This document shows, piece by piece, positions 38,188 to 51,924 of a stretch of DNA of 64,000 nucleotides. The translations under genes were made by a program, and so were the position numbers. The notes beneath the pieces were generated by a model. The model made no database searches and had not been told where the DNA came from. It was given only the letters and a program-made list of their open reading frames with translations. The DNA comes from Vicugna vicugna. Its lineage: Eukaryota. How positions within the stretch are numbered: position 1 is the stretch's first letter; each line of letters starts with the position of its first letter. The stretch spans positions 1,701,524 through 1,765,523 of the forward strand of contig MU057744.1 of assembly GCA_013265495.1 (NCBI GenBank). The letters are read 5' to 3'.

Positions 38188-38225
<38 letters not shown>
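38188..38225. repeat. (TG)19 microsatellite
   Basis: Read directly. Confidence 0.97.
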
Positions 38226-38227
<2 letters not shown>

Positions 38228-38394
38228 CCTCTCCTCAGAAAAGCTTCCTCTTCCCTTTTGTCTGTTTTCCCGAGTGCCTTGCCTCTTAATTCCTTGTACA
38301 GGATCCTGACAGGGTGTCCTTTGTAACAGAGTCTGTGTCACATTGGGGGAACATGGACTTGGAGTCTAGTGGGTCTAGGCTTCATAGAAGCTTC

Positions 38395-38520
38395 ATCTGT
38401 TCATCAAAGATTAATTGATGCCTGCTAAGGGAGGTGCCCTGCTCTGGGCAACGAGGCACAGTTGTGAACAGGATCTAGTGCCTGCTCTCATGAAGCTTAT
38501 GGTGAAGTAAGACGGACACT
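38395..38520 (-). mobile_element. L2 3' end fragment
   Basis: ttcatcaaagattaattgatgcctgcta...gctctgggc...acagttgtgaacagga...cctgctctcatgaagcttat. Confidence 0.65.
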
Positions 38521-38629
38521 GTGAATCACAAAGCTAGCCACAGTGAATGCCGTTCCTGGCTTTACTGCCTCTGCCATCTCGATACAAGTTACTATTAAAT
38601 CATGTTAGTAAGGGACTAACTTATAGTTA

Positions 38630-39560
38630 GTAAAAGACTGATAAGTTTGACTACATAAAAATTAAAACTTTGAGGATAAATAATATTACAAAATAAAAAA
38701 CAAATGAGAATTTTGTAAAATATGCAATCTGTATGAAAGACAAAGGCCCAGTTTCTGTAATATGTAGTTTTCATAAATCTGTAAGAAAAATTAATGTCAT
38801 CTAGTAGAAAAACAGATGACAGGTGGCCACAGGTAGTTCCCAGAGCAATAGATAAACAAGAGTCTCAACATGACAATAAAGAGATGGAAATTAAAATAAG
38901 AAGTAAAGAGCAGATTTCACTTGTTAGATTGGCACAGACAAAAACCTTCGTAGCACCTGTCACTGGGGAAAATGTTGGGTAATATCTTCCTGGTGGAAGT
39001 GTAAATTAATGATAGTATACATGAAAATTTATATATATATATATCCTTTTACTCTCAGAATTTCTACTTTAAGAAATGTATTTTAGAGATACATTTGTAC
39101 CAGAGTACAAAGGATATCCACTGCAAGATTGTTTATAAGTGGCATAAAAATTGAAAACAATTTTTCTGTCAACAGGGGTTGGTTACATAAGTAATGGCAC
39201 ACCTCTAAAGTGTAGTGCTGAGTTATCACTGAAAATTGAGATTAAATACACCATTTGGAAAATTGTATGAAACAGGCTAGAGTGCTGGTCTTTTTAGTAT
39301 GGCAATCTAGGACATGGTATTAAGTAAAAAAAAAAAAAGCAAGGATGTAAACTTAGATTCCAATTCCATAAAATTAAAAATATGTAGAGAAAGATACATT
39401 CTTGTATAAACATTCGACATTCTAACGGATGCACAGAAAAATGTAGGTGGCTGCTTCTTGGGAGCTCTTTTATTTTTCTGTGTGTTCTATTACATATTTA
39501 TTCTTAATCTATTTACATGTATTATTTTTATAATTGAAAAAACAGGCAATAGAAATGTAT
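38630..39560 (+). mobile_element. Decayed old L1 (L1ME-like) 3' region; boundaries approximate
   Basis: gataagtttgactacataaaaattaaaactt...atggaaattaaaa...cacttgttagattggca...gaatttctactttaagaaa. Confidence 0.6.
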
Positions 39561-42230
39561 AATGCTAGAAAATTGATGATGAAAAGCCAATGTATTAATT
39601 CCAGTTGAGGTGACACATAGAGTATTTATGTCAGTGCATGTAAAGTGCATATAAAGAGACTCCCTTTCAGTATACATGGTGGTTTTACTGACGGTTGTTT
39701 CAGGAGGTAGAATTATGAGAGATTTTGTGGTGTAAATGTTCCTTTGACAACTCTTGATTTTCTGTTTTTATTGTAGTGAACACTGATTTCACGATCATAA
39801 AAAATAGAATAAAATCTGCTTGACTTAAGAACCCTCTGCTGCCAGTAGTTTCTGCTGCAGCCAGGGTGCTCACAAGAGGGGCAGGCCTGTGTGCGTACGC
39901 GGGTGTTCACCGTGGTGGGGTCGTCTCCGGTCGGCAGCAGTGCTTGGAGTTCAGTAAGATCCTGGTGTCTCACTGTCCCTCTTTACATAGCTGTCAGAAA
40001 GTTTGGGTCAAGTACCCACTCCAGATTTATTAAGCCTCCTCTCCATTCTTGCAAAAAGGTGGACAGTAGATTCTCTCAGGAGGTTCTGGTGTAAAATCAG
40101 CCTTCTTCCTCTTTTACTTCAGCAGGCTTATTTAGCCTGGAGAGAAAAGGAGGAGGTGGGAATGATCATCTGTAACAATTTTAAAATTTGACATGGATAT
40201 AGTTAATATGTGTTTTAGGTGGAGAACGACAACAGTAGATGTGTGAGCCTGCCATCAGGAGGACCTAAGGGTCTCATGGGCACCAGTATTCATAGTTTGA
40301 GAAGCATTACGGTGGCATGCTTTCATACATCTTTTCTGACATCCACACAATTAATCTGCAGGAGGCTTGCAAGCCAGGATGATTTTCTAAAGATGTCTGA
40401 GAAATAATCTTTGGCAGACTCTCTATGAATACTCATTTTAGGAAATTTCAAGAGTACAAAACAGACAGAATAGAACGCTACTCTTTTAGGATGGCAGAAG
40501 TTACCAGTTTCTGAATCCTTAAGATTTTTGCATTCCCAGGTCATTTCTCTGGGGTCTTAGGGAGGTAGATCTTCCTGAATGCCCTAAAATACTGGGGGAA
40601 GGCAGTCAAGACGTGAGAAAGAAAGGCCTTGGCTTCAAACATGCACATAGCAGGTGTTCTTCTTGTGATTGTACATACAGGTATTTCCTATCTTGTTCTT
40701 CAGGAAATCCTGAAAAGGCATTCTATAAATAAGACACGAGTTTTTCCAACTTGGTAATAATCTCATGGCTATGAAATGAGAGTCATAAATTTTAATGAAA
40801 ACTCATTTCATAACCAGTTTTGTGAGGTACTTTCTTATCTGCTTATATACTACCAGAACCTCACCCTCCTACTCTCTTTAGACAGAGGGTTCCAACAGAA
40901 AGAGATGGGAGGGGGTGCAGCATAGTCTAGGACCTGAGCACAGACTCTGGAATCAGAACTGCCTGCCAGTAAGTCACAGCCCCGCTGTGTGCTGAGTGCA
41001 CACACGCTGCTCTTTACTTTCCAAGGAAGGTGCTTTTTGCCATGTGAGGACAGAGGGAGGGGAGGAGACAGCAGCTCTTCCTCGGTAGGAAGGTGAAAGC
41101 TGATGTCGCTGGGGGCTGTCAGTGGCTGAGAGCGGACTCTCTGCAGGGCATGCTGGATGTTTCTAGCCACGCCCCTGTGCCTGTGACCCGGCAGCTGCAG
41201 CTCTGTTCTGGGTGGCTGTTTGCAGCGCCTTCCCTGGCTTACAAGCAGCCTGTAGTCTACCTGCCGCCTCTTTTCCCTGCAGTCTTTCTACTGCTCCCGG
41301 TGGCCCTCCGGCATGGACTCAGGCTGACCCTACAGAGATGCTCTCTCCCCAGGACCCATGGGAAGCACTCATGCCATTTTTGGCCAATGTAATCATGCCG
41401 GCCAATCCACCCAAAGTGTTACTGACCTGAGTCCCTGGACTCTAGAAACTTAAGAGGCCAGACAAGGAATTTAAGTGAGGCTTTATTGAGTCAGAGTTGA
41501 AACCACAAGAGCATGAGGACACAGGGATGTTATGATGCTGATAAGAAATGCAGAATATTTTTTAAACAATAATAATTTTTCGGTTAACTGCCACATGACT
41601 TGCATTTTGTATTCTGACTGGATAAAAGTTTAAAGATTTAATGAGTTATTTAACATTATAGAAAATTGGTTCAGTGAACTAGCACTTCCTTGGTAAGAGC
41701 TTAATTCAAAATGTTTTTGACATCTTGAAGTTGGACTGCACCTAACCACTGATCTTCTTGTTCCGTAAGAGACTAGATACTATTTATTCATTAAGAAATA
41801 ACATGCCTTCGAGTTTCAGACAGCGTGCAAAGGTGTAATAAAGACAGTGTCAGATCTAAATGAGCTTAAAATAGGCTAGAAGAAGACTTGCAAACCATTG
41901 TATTATATTCACATTTTATTCAAGCTCATGTTTGCAGTGCCAACCCTAGTGCCTAATGCATTTACATTAATATTTCTTAAAGTGAAGAAAAATAGGATGG
42001 CGAGTGTAAGGTCTTGCTGACTCTCTTCAAGGCCAATTAGCCAGCAATTACGGAGTATTTTAGGGTATGGCATTCTTGTCGGGCATTGAGGAAACAACAT
42101 TTGTCTTGAGTTTGTTTATGAACCTTGAAGCACCACCTGAAGTTGCCACTGTCATGTTGAGATGTCTGAGAGCAACTGCCGCTGTAGTTGCTTTTCCTTT
42201 TTTTAAAAAGAAAGTAGCTGTAGTATTTAA

Positions 42231-42360
42231 TTTTGAGGGGGCGGGGTAATTAGGTTTATTTATGTATTTATTTTAGTTGTGGTACTGGGGATTGAACTCA
42301 GGATCTCACGCATGCTACTAAGGAGCACGCGCTCTACCACTGAGCTGTACCCATCCCCCC
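42231..42360 (-). mobile_element. tRNA-derived SINE (Vic-1-like), antisense
   Basis: The reverse complement reads ggggggatgggtacagctcagtggtagagcgcgtgct...agcatgcgtgagatcctgagttcaatccccagtacc...aaataaacctaattacc, the same family as the copy at 16271. Confidence 0.88.
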
Positions 42361-43499
42361 TTATTATTTAACTTTAAAATTAATACATCTTCATTATAAA
42401 AATTTAGATAATTGATAAAAAAGAAGGTAGAAACAACTTTTAAACGTAACCACTCTTTTTAGTGTATAACCTTGAAAAATGTTTCTTTGAATTTAAATGT
42501 AACATTAAATACATGCAAACCATTTCACACACCCACATGCACACACATACACTAGCATCGTGCGTGCCTGTGCAGATCCCTGTCCTGCTAAGACATCAGC
42601 CGTGGCCCGATCCCCTGAGGCTTTAGTTAGCTCTGTCCAAGTTCCAATTTCATGGACGGAGACAGGCTTCAGGCTTTCCCTTGATGTCTGTACATTTTGG
42701 GGAGTTGTTCGGTTACACTGTTTCCTGCTTTCATGCTTCTTCATGATGGTCTGTTGTTCCTCTGAGGTTACATAATATCTTGGCCACAAACCGTCACCTC
42801 TTCACAGGTTCTTACTGAGCATTTGTGATTGATTTACTTATTTTACAGAATTTATTGTGGCTTCAGGGGGGTCTGTGTGCACAGTCGTATCACCAATCAT
42901 GCCCCTCTTTCCTCCTTGCTCCACTCAGCTCCCCATTTCTGAAGAAGACAGTTTCCCCTTATGACTCGGGGAGAGCCGTCTCGTCCTTATCAAAGTTCCT
43001 CAGGGTCTGTTTCTATCCCAGGTTTTTCTCAGGATACATTTCTCAAAAAGTCAGCTCTCGTTCTTTAAGAAATACTCCAAAAACACAGTTTCTTCATTCT
43101 GTGCATATACTTATGTGGAATATATACATTTACTTCACAAAAATGGGGCCATTTTCTCAGTATTCCTTTGTAGTGTTTGTTTCCACTGACTTCTGTATTG
43201 GGCATCGTTCCTTGGCCATAACTGCAGACCCTCCCCGGGTTTCAGTGGATGTGCACCACCTGCTGCGGGACACGCCATCAGTTACTCAGCCCACACACAC
43301 GCGTTCCCGGTGCTTTGCTTTGTAAATGGCGTCGTTATGTGCTGCCTTGTATTTCTCTGTATGCTCTTCTAATACTTGAGAAACTTGCTTAACTGATTTC
43401 TTCATGACTAATTTGCTGATTATAAGTCACATACCCCGTTTATCTGTAAGAGATCCTCTGCACGTGCACACATACATTCATAATGTTCACGAGGCATTC

Positions 43500-44650
43500 T
43501 GTTTTACTGAGTTAAAATTTTTTGGTAAAGAATATATACATTTTTAAAATTTGTCGAGATCATCATGTTTCATCTTTGACTTATTAACAGATTTCCTAAT
43601 GCATTTCTGTCTTACTGGAATAATGAACCCTCACTTGAGTTAATGCTGCCAGCTCACTGCTGAATGATTTGCCAATACCATCCTTGTATAAGATTTCTGG
43701 ATCTGTATTCGTAGGTGAGAGTTCCCTCTGGTTTTCTTACATGCACACTCTCTCTGTTAGGCATTGGCATCAAAGGTATACAGTCTGTAAAATAAGTGGG
43801 GAGGTTTTCTTAGTTTCTTTACTTTGGAACACTTTAGTATAGAAATGACTTCTTTCTTAAACATAGAAAAAAATGTTTGGTCTTTGAGACACTTCTCAGT
43901 ACTACCCATGGTTTATTATTCTGTTCAGATTCTCTCCTTTGGGTTAATTCTGGGTGAAAAAATACATATTTGTATACCATCCTTTTTCCTAAATGTTCAA
44001 AAATCCACTATAGAGATATATAAAGTGGCACTGTTTGTAATTCCTTTCTCTCTATAATTTTGTTCTTTTTCTCTTTTCTTCTTGATTAAAATCGTTGGTG
44101 TTTAGCTCATATTTAAAGAGAGTCCTTAACTATGTTGATCGGTCCTACTATTTCAACTTATTACATAGATCACTTCTACCATTTCCAGTGTATTAATTTC
44201 TACTTTTATTGCTATTTATTTTTTCCAATTCTACTTATTTTTATATTTTCCCCTGTATTTTGAAAGGAATGTTTAGTTAACATTTCTCACCCTCTTACTT
44301 AGCACTTAAAGTGTTAATTTTTCTCTGACTACAGTTTTGACCATCTACCATTGTTTGTGTAAATCAGCATTTCTATTTTTTTATATTTTCTAGGTATTCT
44401 GTAAATGTGATGTTGATTCCCTCGTTGACTAAAAAATTAATTAGGAGAGATTTTAAATGTTTATGTGCTCAAGTTTTATTTTTGTTTCTGCTTTTCTTAC
44501 TAATCTGAAGTTTCATTACATTGTTGTCAGAAAGCATAGCCTAGGTACCATTTCTGTTTGTGGTAAATTTAGTGTTTTCTTTGTGACCTACTGTGTGGTT
44601 TTCTTAAATATTCCATGGTTTAGTAAAACGGCTTATTTGTGCATTATTAG
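43500..44650 (-). mobile_element. Highly decayed old L1 (antisense); boundaries approximate
   Basis: Scattered L1 ORF2 antisense phrases (ggaataatgaaccctcacttg, ggcattggcatcaaaggtata, aaaataagtggggaggttttct). Confidence 0.5.
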
Positions 44651-44922
44651 TTTCCTTCAAGAATTATCTTTTCTCTAACATTTGACCTCTAGAAAATATT
44701 TAATATCTTGCATTTTAAAATAAAAAGGTAAAGTTAAATGAATGGGTTAAATTTTAAACAAATGAAATTCAGTGAAGATTCCAAAACTTCATCATGTACT
44801 TTCCCCCAGTTGCTGTTGTTCTAAGTAAGGAACAGATATTCTTACATGTTAAAATTAGAAACCCCACTGAGCATATAGGACTCCTCATTCCTCCACTACG
44901 CCTCATCCTTGACTCCCTTGTC

Positions 44923-44933
44923 TGTGTGTGTGT

Positions 44934-44969
<36 letters not shown>
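44923..44969. repeat. Interrupted (TG)n microsatellite
   Basis: Read directly; one TC interruption. Confidence 0.95.
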
Positions 44970-44971
<2 letters not shown>

Positions 44972-46243
44972 CTGGCTTTGTTGGGGGCTGCTGGTCCCAG
45001 AGCTGGAGAGCCAAAGTAATTCAGTGCATCATCTTTTAATATTTGTACAGATGTTGCAGGGACTCTGTTTACAAAAGAGCTTTTCTTATGCTGTTCTAAG
45101 AACCGAAACCTTCCTGTCCTTTCTGTCATTATTTCTTTTCTTCCTCTCAGGTCAGATAACAACTTTTTGGGGAGGAAGGAGAAAATGTGAAGGGAGTCTT
45201 TAAGCCTGATTGAACTCCCTAGCTATTGGGTCTGTTCTGTTTTGCTGTTAACGAGGAGATAAACGGGGTATTCTCAAATCTCAGGTTTTCAAACTGCTCC
45301 CTAGCACCAGCAGATTTTAAATGGTGATTTTTCTTACAGCAACAGCTTTTTCACATTAAGCATCATATTTTATAAAAATCTCACCAGCCTTTTATAAACA
45401 ATTATATTGTTTCTGGACAATCTTATGGATGTACAAGTAGAATTTATGTAAGACATCACATTTGCTTTGAAAGATGGAATGATTTAGAAACAAGTTTTAA
45501 CTGGAGTGTATTAGTTGGATTGAAAGAGATCAGAAGGGTCACAGGAATTTCACGTAAGATGGGTTCTTCTGTCAAAGAAGTGCAGGAAACACTAGGTTAA
45601 GCAAAGGTTAGAGGAGGTGGCTTGACTGCAGGAGTTACTTCTTAGAGTCTTTAGTGTGCATTGTGAATTTCTACCTGGAAAAAAGAGATACGGGGGGAAA
45701 AGGTTTTCACATTTGTTAGCCACTGGCCCTCCCAGCCTCTTTCTCCTGTAACATTTAATTACATCTCTTTATATGTCTGTTACAGTTACTAGTCATACCT
45801 AGTAGTATTTTGTGCTGCATGTTCAGGAGAACTGGTGTTCCCTTAACTTCTTCATTACACAGGTGAGAAAATTGAGCTCTAGGGAAATTAAATAATTTAG
45901 TCTCCCAGCTGACTAAAAGCAGTGTGAGGACCCAAGTGAGGAAATCCCCAGCGCACTGGTTCCCACTGCCCGTCAGTATTTCTTCCCAGTATGGAGTGTA
46001 GCGTTCTCAAAGCACGTTCCTTCTAGTAAGCAATGTTCCTTCAGTTCTCATTAATGAATATCAGTTCTTTTTTTTAAATGTCTCAATTGTGTGTATGTAT
46101 GTATGTGTGTATTTGTATAAATGTTTTAGGTATAAAGTAAAGGTATTTTGTTTTTGAACCAACACTTTCCAGCTACTATTAGCTTACCTTGCAGTTTGAA
46201 CTAGAATGTTATGTAACTGAAATCTGCTTTTTTCGTTTTGCAG

Positions 46244-46339
46244 CGGCTCTAATTAGAGGAAATCGTAAAAACTGTGCTCAGTTTTCTGGCTCCCTCGACT
46301 GGTTGATCAGCCGATTGGAAAGACTGGAAGCTTCTTCCG
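46244..46339 (+). CDS. RYR2: RYR2 exon 17 (96 nt, phase 1-1): (A)[31 protein letters not shown]
   Basis: Acceptor gttttgcag|C, donor CCG|gtacgt; lies inside ORF 46189..46425. Confidence 0.97.
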
Positions 46340-47104
46340 GTACGTTTTCCAGTTACCGCCTTATTATGTTATATTATTCCCGTTTTCTTCTGTTTTGCGT
46401 CCTTTCAGACATAAAAACAAACTGAGATTCAGTGCAGTATGAATGTTTTCCCTTTAATAGGTTAAAAAGTTTACTGACTGATGAAATCATTGGCATTTTC
46501 CTGAGTTGTTTTAGCAATCTAACCATAATCCTCTTATTTGCATTTAAAAAAGAATGAAGTCCTGAAATCCACTACCAGGTCAGAATTCCCATTCTTCTTC
46601 AAATCAGTTACTCCAATGCAGTATGAATGCAGTATACAAATAAAAGGATTGGTCTGGGTGAACTGTTTTTGCTTTTGTTTTTGTTTTTGTTTTAGTTTTA
46701 GTTTAAGTAAATGGAAATTTTTTAAAAAGGATTGATTGGGAATTCCCATTTTTAACTTGTGTTCAAATGATTACTTGGCCTGATTTCGGAAAAAAATTTA
46801 GCTTTCCAAATCATATAGCACAGTATTTTTATTTTAAAGGGGTTTAGTAAATACTAATAAACATCGTTATGAAATATCTAAAGGCAACAAGTCTGATGCG
46901 TCTGTGTCTAACAAGCAGTGTTACTTTATGCCGGCGTTGTGGGGACGTGCACGTGACTACCAAGCCTGCCTGAGCTCTGGGGCTCTGCAGGTGCCTCGGG
47001 GGCACCCCAGGCTGAGTCAGTTGCTCCCCCATCTGTCTGCATAGCATTCCACAGCGCACTTCCACAGCACTGATGTCCCTTTCAGTTGCTTACTTTTCCT
47101 TTCC

Positions 47105-47230
47105 GTCTCCTGCACTGGTAATGAATTTCTTGAAGGTAGGGGTCTGGTTTTATTCATCTTCGTAGTCTCTGGACCTGCCATACCATCTGGCATCTAGTAG
47201 GTGCTTCATGGTATTTGCTGAATGAGTGCA
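47105..47230 (+). mobile_element. L2 3' terminus
   Basis: tcttgaaggtagggg...ttttattcatcttcgtagtctc...tctggcatctagtaggtgcttcatggtatttgctgaatgagtg. Confidence 0.8.
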
Positions 47231-50112
47231 GTAATGAGTGTTTGAATTCACTTCAGAAAATACCTGTCAGTACAGATACAACTCCATGATTTTCGCATAA
47301 AGACCCAGTTAGGGACAGATTTGTTGGAATCAAATGAAGATGGAAAGAAGAACAGATGGTTGTGGTCAAAGGAGGTTACTTTTAAGTCACAGCGAAATTT
47401 CAGAGTTTAAGATGTTAGAAACCTAAAGTTAAGAGAAACTTGAGTTAACAATGAGTTCTAAGGCATTGCTGGGTTGTTGGGCGGCAAGAGGAGAAAAGGA
47501 GATTGTTGAGATAAAAAAGCACAGGAATTATGAGATGAGGATTCTCAGGGCACCACAGCATGAATGAGACAACTGTGAATCAGTATAGAATGCACTGAAT
47601 AAGGAGAAACTGAGTAGCTACTGGGAGGAAGTGATCAGATTAGTGCTAACAGAATGATGGTAGAGATGCAAAAATGGATCAGTTCTTGGGTCAAAGCATC
47701 TAGAATTGTTGGCAAGCTCCAGTAGATATAAAAAAAAGTATGCTAGTCCCTTTCCCTGGCCCAGAAAGTATCTAGAAAGAGAGAGGAGCAGAGCAGCCTT
47801 CAGAATGGACAAACGCTGGACAAATCAGCTGCTTCACATAAAAAAAAAAAAGCACAGCAAAAATGCCTAAAGGAGAAGAGGAGAGAGAGAAGGAAAGAGC
47901 AGAGCTGAGCGTTTTTCAGGCTCAGCCACTCAGAGTCCAGAGTTTAGTCTGAAGCATAATTCCACTGGCTGCAAATCGCTACCTGCTGTCATCCAGCTGT
48001 CGCCCAGGCAGTTCTACCTCAAGTAGCAGCCCTGTGCTTGGAGGAAGCAGAGTGAAATTCTGAGTAGGAAGGACCCTTGGAGGATGCTTAAGGTAACGTT
48101 CTCACTGAAAGAGGAATAAATTGAGGCATAGAACATTGAAATCACCGCTATGAGGTGCTAGAATTAACTTCTGTAGCCAAGACGAAAACCAGCTCCTTCG
48201 TGTCAGGCTTGAAATATGTCCACTGTACCTTGTAGCCTCCTAGTTTTTAAGTATCTAAAATATTTTTCACCGAACAGTTTTCTCTACTGTAGTTACATTT
48301 ATGTTTTTTGTGAACGGCTTTTTATCCTAGAGGAAGTAGAATGTTGCTTAGTTCTTAAAAGAGACAGTATCAGTAATGATAGGCATCTATAATGCACACA
48401 CACAGTAACAGTGAAAATGTATTGCAGTTGTGCTTCACTGTTTACTTAGCGCTTCCATAGGCATCATCTGATCTTCTGTCTGATCTGAGGCTGTGGACCA
48501 CACCCTCCTCTGCTCAGTCCCCCAGCTGCGTGAGTAGCTTGGCTGTGTCCGTCTGAGCAGCAGAGCAGAGAGGGGCTCTACAGGCTCTCAGTGCCCTCGG
48601 AAAAGGGCAGCGGGAACAGCTCAGAATAAAGCCCTGCAGACCTAGGGAGAGATCGATGAGGGCGTGAAGACAGTCAGCAGAGGGGCGTGCTGACGAAGCA
48701 GCTCACCTCACCCTGGGGTCCACCAGCAGTAGGAGAGCGGGCTGATTCAGGACCTGAGTGGGCATGAGACAAGGTGGAGGAGGAAGGGTCCAGAGAGGGC
48801 ATGTTAATAGAAGTTACCCCACAGTGTCTGGGGCTATTTTATTGGGGGAAATTCTGCAGAGAACACGTGCCTTAGCGACATCCCACCTGCAGGGTGAGGG
48901 AGTCGGGAGTGTTTGTAACCAACTTCCCTTCTGTCGTTGGGGTGGTGCTGCTCCCAGGGGCTTTCATTCTGGGACTCCTCCAGCTGCCACTGTGGGCAGA
49001 GCAAATCCTGAAGCAAAGGGATGCAGGAGCTGGCGATCAGGAGTCTGCAGTGACCCTTGCCGGGGGCGGGGATGGGAGTTAGAGCAGGGCCCGGCAGTGT
49101 CCGCACCCTGCCAGCTGCTGGTTCACTACATGACAGAGAGCTTCAGAATGGCAGCTGGGTTTCCTTTCCACATTCTGCATCTGAAGTCGACCGTATATAT
49201 CACCACTGCATGAGGCCCTTTTTAGACTCTCTGACCAGTTTAGAAGAGCAGCCACTGTGGATTTCTTGGGAGGAAAAAGGGGAAGTTAGACATTGCCCCA
49301 GACTTCATGTGGACCATGTCTGGGCCAAATTTAACTGAAAAGACAAAAGAGTTGTATGAGCAAGTACCGTTGATTAAGTTGATGTATTTCTGAAGACTGG
49401 GTGTTTCCTTAGGATGGTTTTAGCCAAGCTTTAAAAATACAAGCTTAAACTTTTTTCTTCGAAAATCTGACCATAAGTGTTATGTACTATTGCAATTTCA
49501 AGGTCTTACTCAGTGAATTTATAATTTAATTTTCAAATCATCTCTAATCAGCTGTTGCTCTTATAATGTTAAACACTGTTTCTCTGTCTCACTTTTCACC
49601 TAAGGTTTCGAGCATACGTCAGGATAATTTAAATATACACACAATGTGGTAGATCTAGCAAGTCTTTATTGTTTGAAAATGACTCTTTCAGCATTTCCAA
49701 TTTGTTTTCCTTTAGGAATTTCTTACTATAAAAAATAAAAGCAGTTTATTCCAACAGCTAAAATTAAAAATAGTTTTCTCTGACTTTTTATTGTCAGAAT
49801 TAGAGTTCTTTTCAACTAAGTGTTTATTTGTTGGATCTGACCTGGCCCCATTGAAAAAAAGTTTTAATGTTAAACCCCAAACTCTGAAAGCCTTCTATTG
49901 CAATAGGCTGACTATGAGAAAAATCAGAGATATATTTTTGTATTGTCATTCTTACAATTTACAGTCTGCATTGTTCTTTCCAAAAGTCTAATTTTTAATC
50001 TTTCCTGATTCATTAAGGTTAATGAATATTTATTCATGAATGTTTATTTACAAAAAGAATGTATTTTTCTTGATCTTCTACCAGTTTTCTTGGTAATGAT
50101 TATATTTTATAG

Positions 50113-50226
50113 CAGAGATTGGCAAACGTTTCCTGTAAAAGGCCAGATAATAAATCTTAGGCCCTGTGGACCAGAGGGCTTTGTTGCTGCAACCACTCAG
50201 CTCTGCCTTTTTAATGCAAAAGCACC
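50113..50226. mobile_element. hAT-Charlie MITE fragment (MER58A-like)
   Basis: ggcaaacgtttcctgtaaaaggccagataataaat...gcaaccactcagctctgcc...gcaaaagca matches the recalled MER58A consensus. Confidence 0.8.
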
Positions 50227-51805
50227 ATTCCTAGATTCCTCTTGTTTTGCTGACTAAGAAACATTTTCTACTGTGAACTCCAGGAGAGTGTGTAATGATC
50301 TCTACTGGTTAGGATGCAGTGTTGCAGGGTCATACTTTTAGTGCCAAGAAGATACGTGAGCCAACGGGCATGTACGCACAGTACAGCTTTATTTATGAAT
50401 ACAGGCGTCCGTGTGTTCTGTAGTGATAAGTTCAGGGAGAAAACAAACATTAATCCCACATCAGGATAACATAGGATGTTGTCTGTGAAAATGCTTTCCC
50501 ATTCTGTTATTTTAGTTTATTAGCTTGGAATGAAAGAGTCTATTTTATTGCTTACCTTCTTAATCATAGCAGAAATAGTTTCCTTATCTTTATATAAAAG
50601 TCATCTTTAATTTACCCATCAGCCTCTAGTATTATTATTATCTGCTATCTTTAATTTTTAACAGGCACAGATTGTTGAAACACAGCAACATATTTTGAAC
50701 CACACCAGAAACTTACCTTTATACATTTGTATTTCAAAGAATTAAGTCATTGGTTAAGAAAGTAACATTAACAGCTCTTGTCTTGTAATGGGTTGGAGTT
50801 TGGATGAAGTGTGGATTGGGACCGTTAAAGTGAATTACCTCTATACTCTACCATTTGTAAACCTGAGCACTTTACACTTATCTTCTAAGAAAGTGAACTC
50901 CATTTGAAATGTATAAACCTTTCTGCAAGGTTCCTCTGGGCCCCTTCTCAGTATTGCACTCACCGACAGACATTGTATTTTATGAATGTTATGTTTAATT
51001 GATACAAATGAACTCCATTCTCATTGCTGACAAGGCAGGCTTGCTCTGAAAAAATACACACATACCCATTTAGCTTTCCAAGTTCACACTAAAAATTCAG
51101 GTAATGAGGTTTATTTTCTAATCTCTTTATTAAACTTTAAAAAAGGATCTGTTCCATTTTATCTTCTCTGATAGGTGATACCTAGGAATATCACCATTCT
51201 TATTCAGTTTCATATACTGTATATTTCTACTTATTTTTGTGTTGCATTGTGTATTTCTCTTGTTCTGCAAACCAAGAAACATTTCCTACTATAACCCTCG
51301 AGGAGAATGTTATGATCTCCATGGGTTGGGATGCATTGTTGCAGGGTTAGATGTTCGGTGTCCAGAAGCTTCATAAGTGGCCCTATGCCACCTGTCCCAG
51401 CCCCTATTTGGTCTGGACCCCAGGCACAGCAGGTGTGCCTGCCATTCAAGACTTCACTCATCACTTTAGCACCCTACTTTGCTGTCTGGAGAACAATCAT
51501 GAATGAGTTCTCTAAGGCCCCACTTAATTGCTGCTTTCTTTCATATGTCTACCTGCAGAATTACCTGCTCACTCAGCTGAACACTGTGTCTTTGCCTCAT
51601 CCTCATTCATACCAACATCTCTGATCATCAGCCCTGCCTCCCAAACACCACCTGCCCCTATCACAGTGTCCTACGACAAATGCATCGAGCGTGTGAGAAT
51701 TGTACTATGTTCATTCAACACCTGAACAAATGCATAAAGAAGAGGAAAGACACTGATTGTTGTAGGTGCTTAATTATATTCTTCCCCTCTTTTTCTTTTC
51801 TTTAG

Positions 51806-51924
51806 GTATTCTTGAAGTTTTACACTGTGTGTTAGTAGAAAGTCCAGAAGCTCTAAATATTATTAAAGAAGGGCATATTAAATCCATTATCTCACTTCTA
51901 GACAAGCATGGAAGAAATCACAAG
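51806..51924 (+). CDS. RYR2: RYR2 exon 18 (119 nt): (G)[39 protein letters not shown]
   Basis: Acceptor ttctttag|G, donor AAG|gtaaga; lies inside ORF 51766..51954. Confidence 0.97.

Noticed and set aside
42825..43325. 166-aa plus-strand ORF
   Set aside because: GTG start in decayed repeat-like intron sequence, with no domain or splice support.
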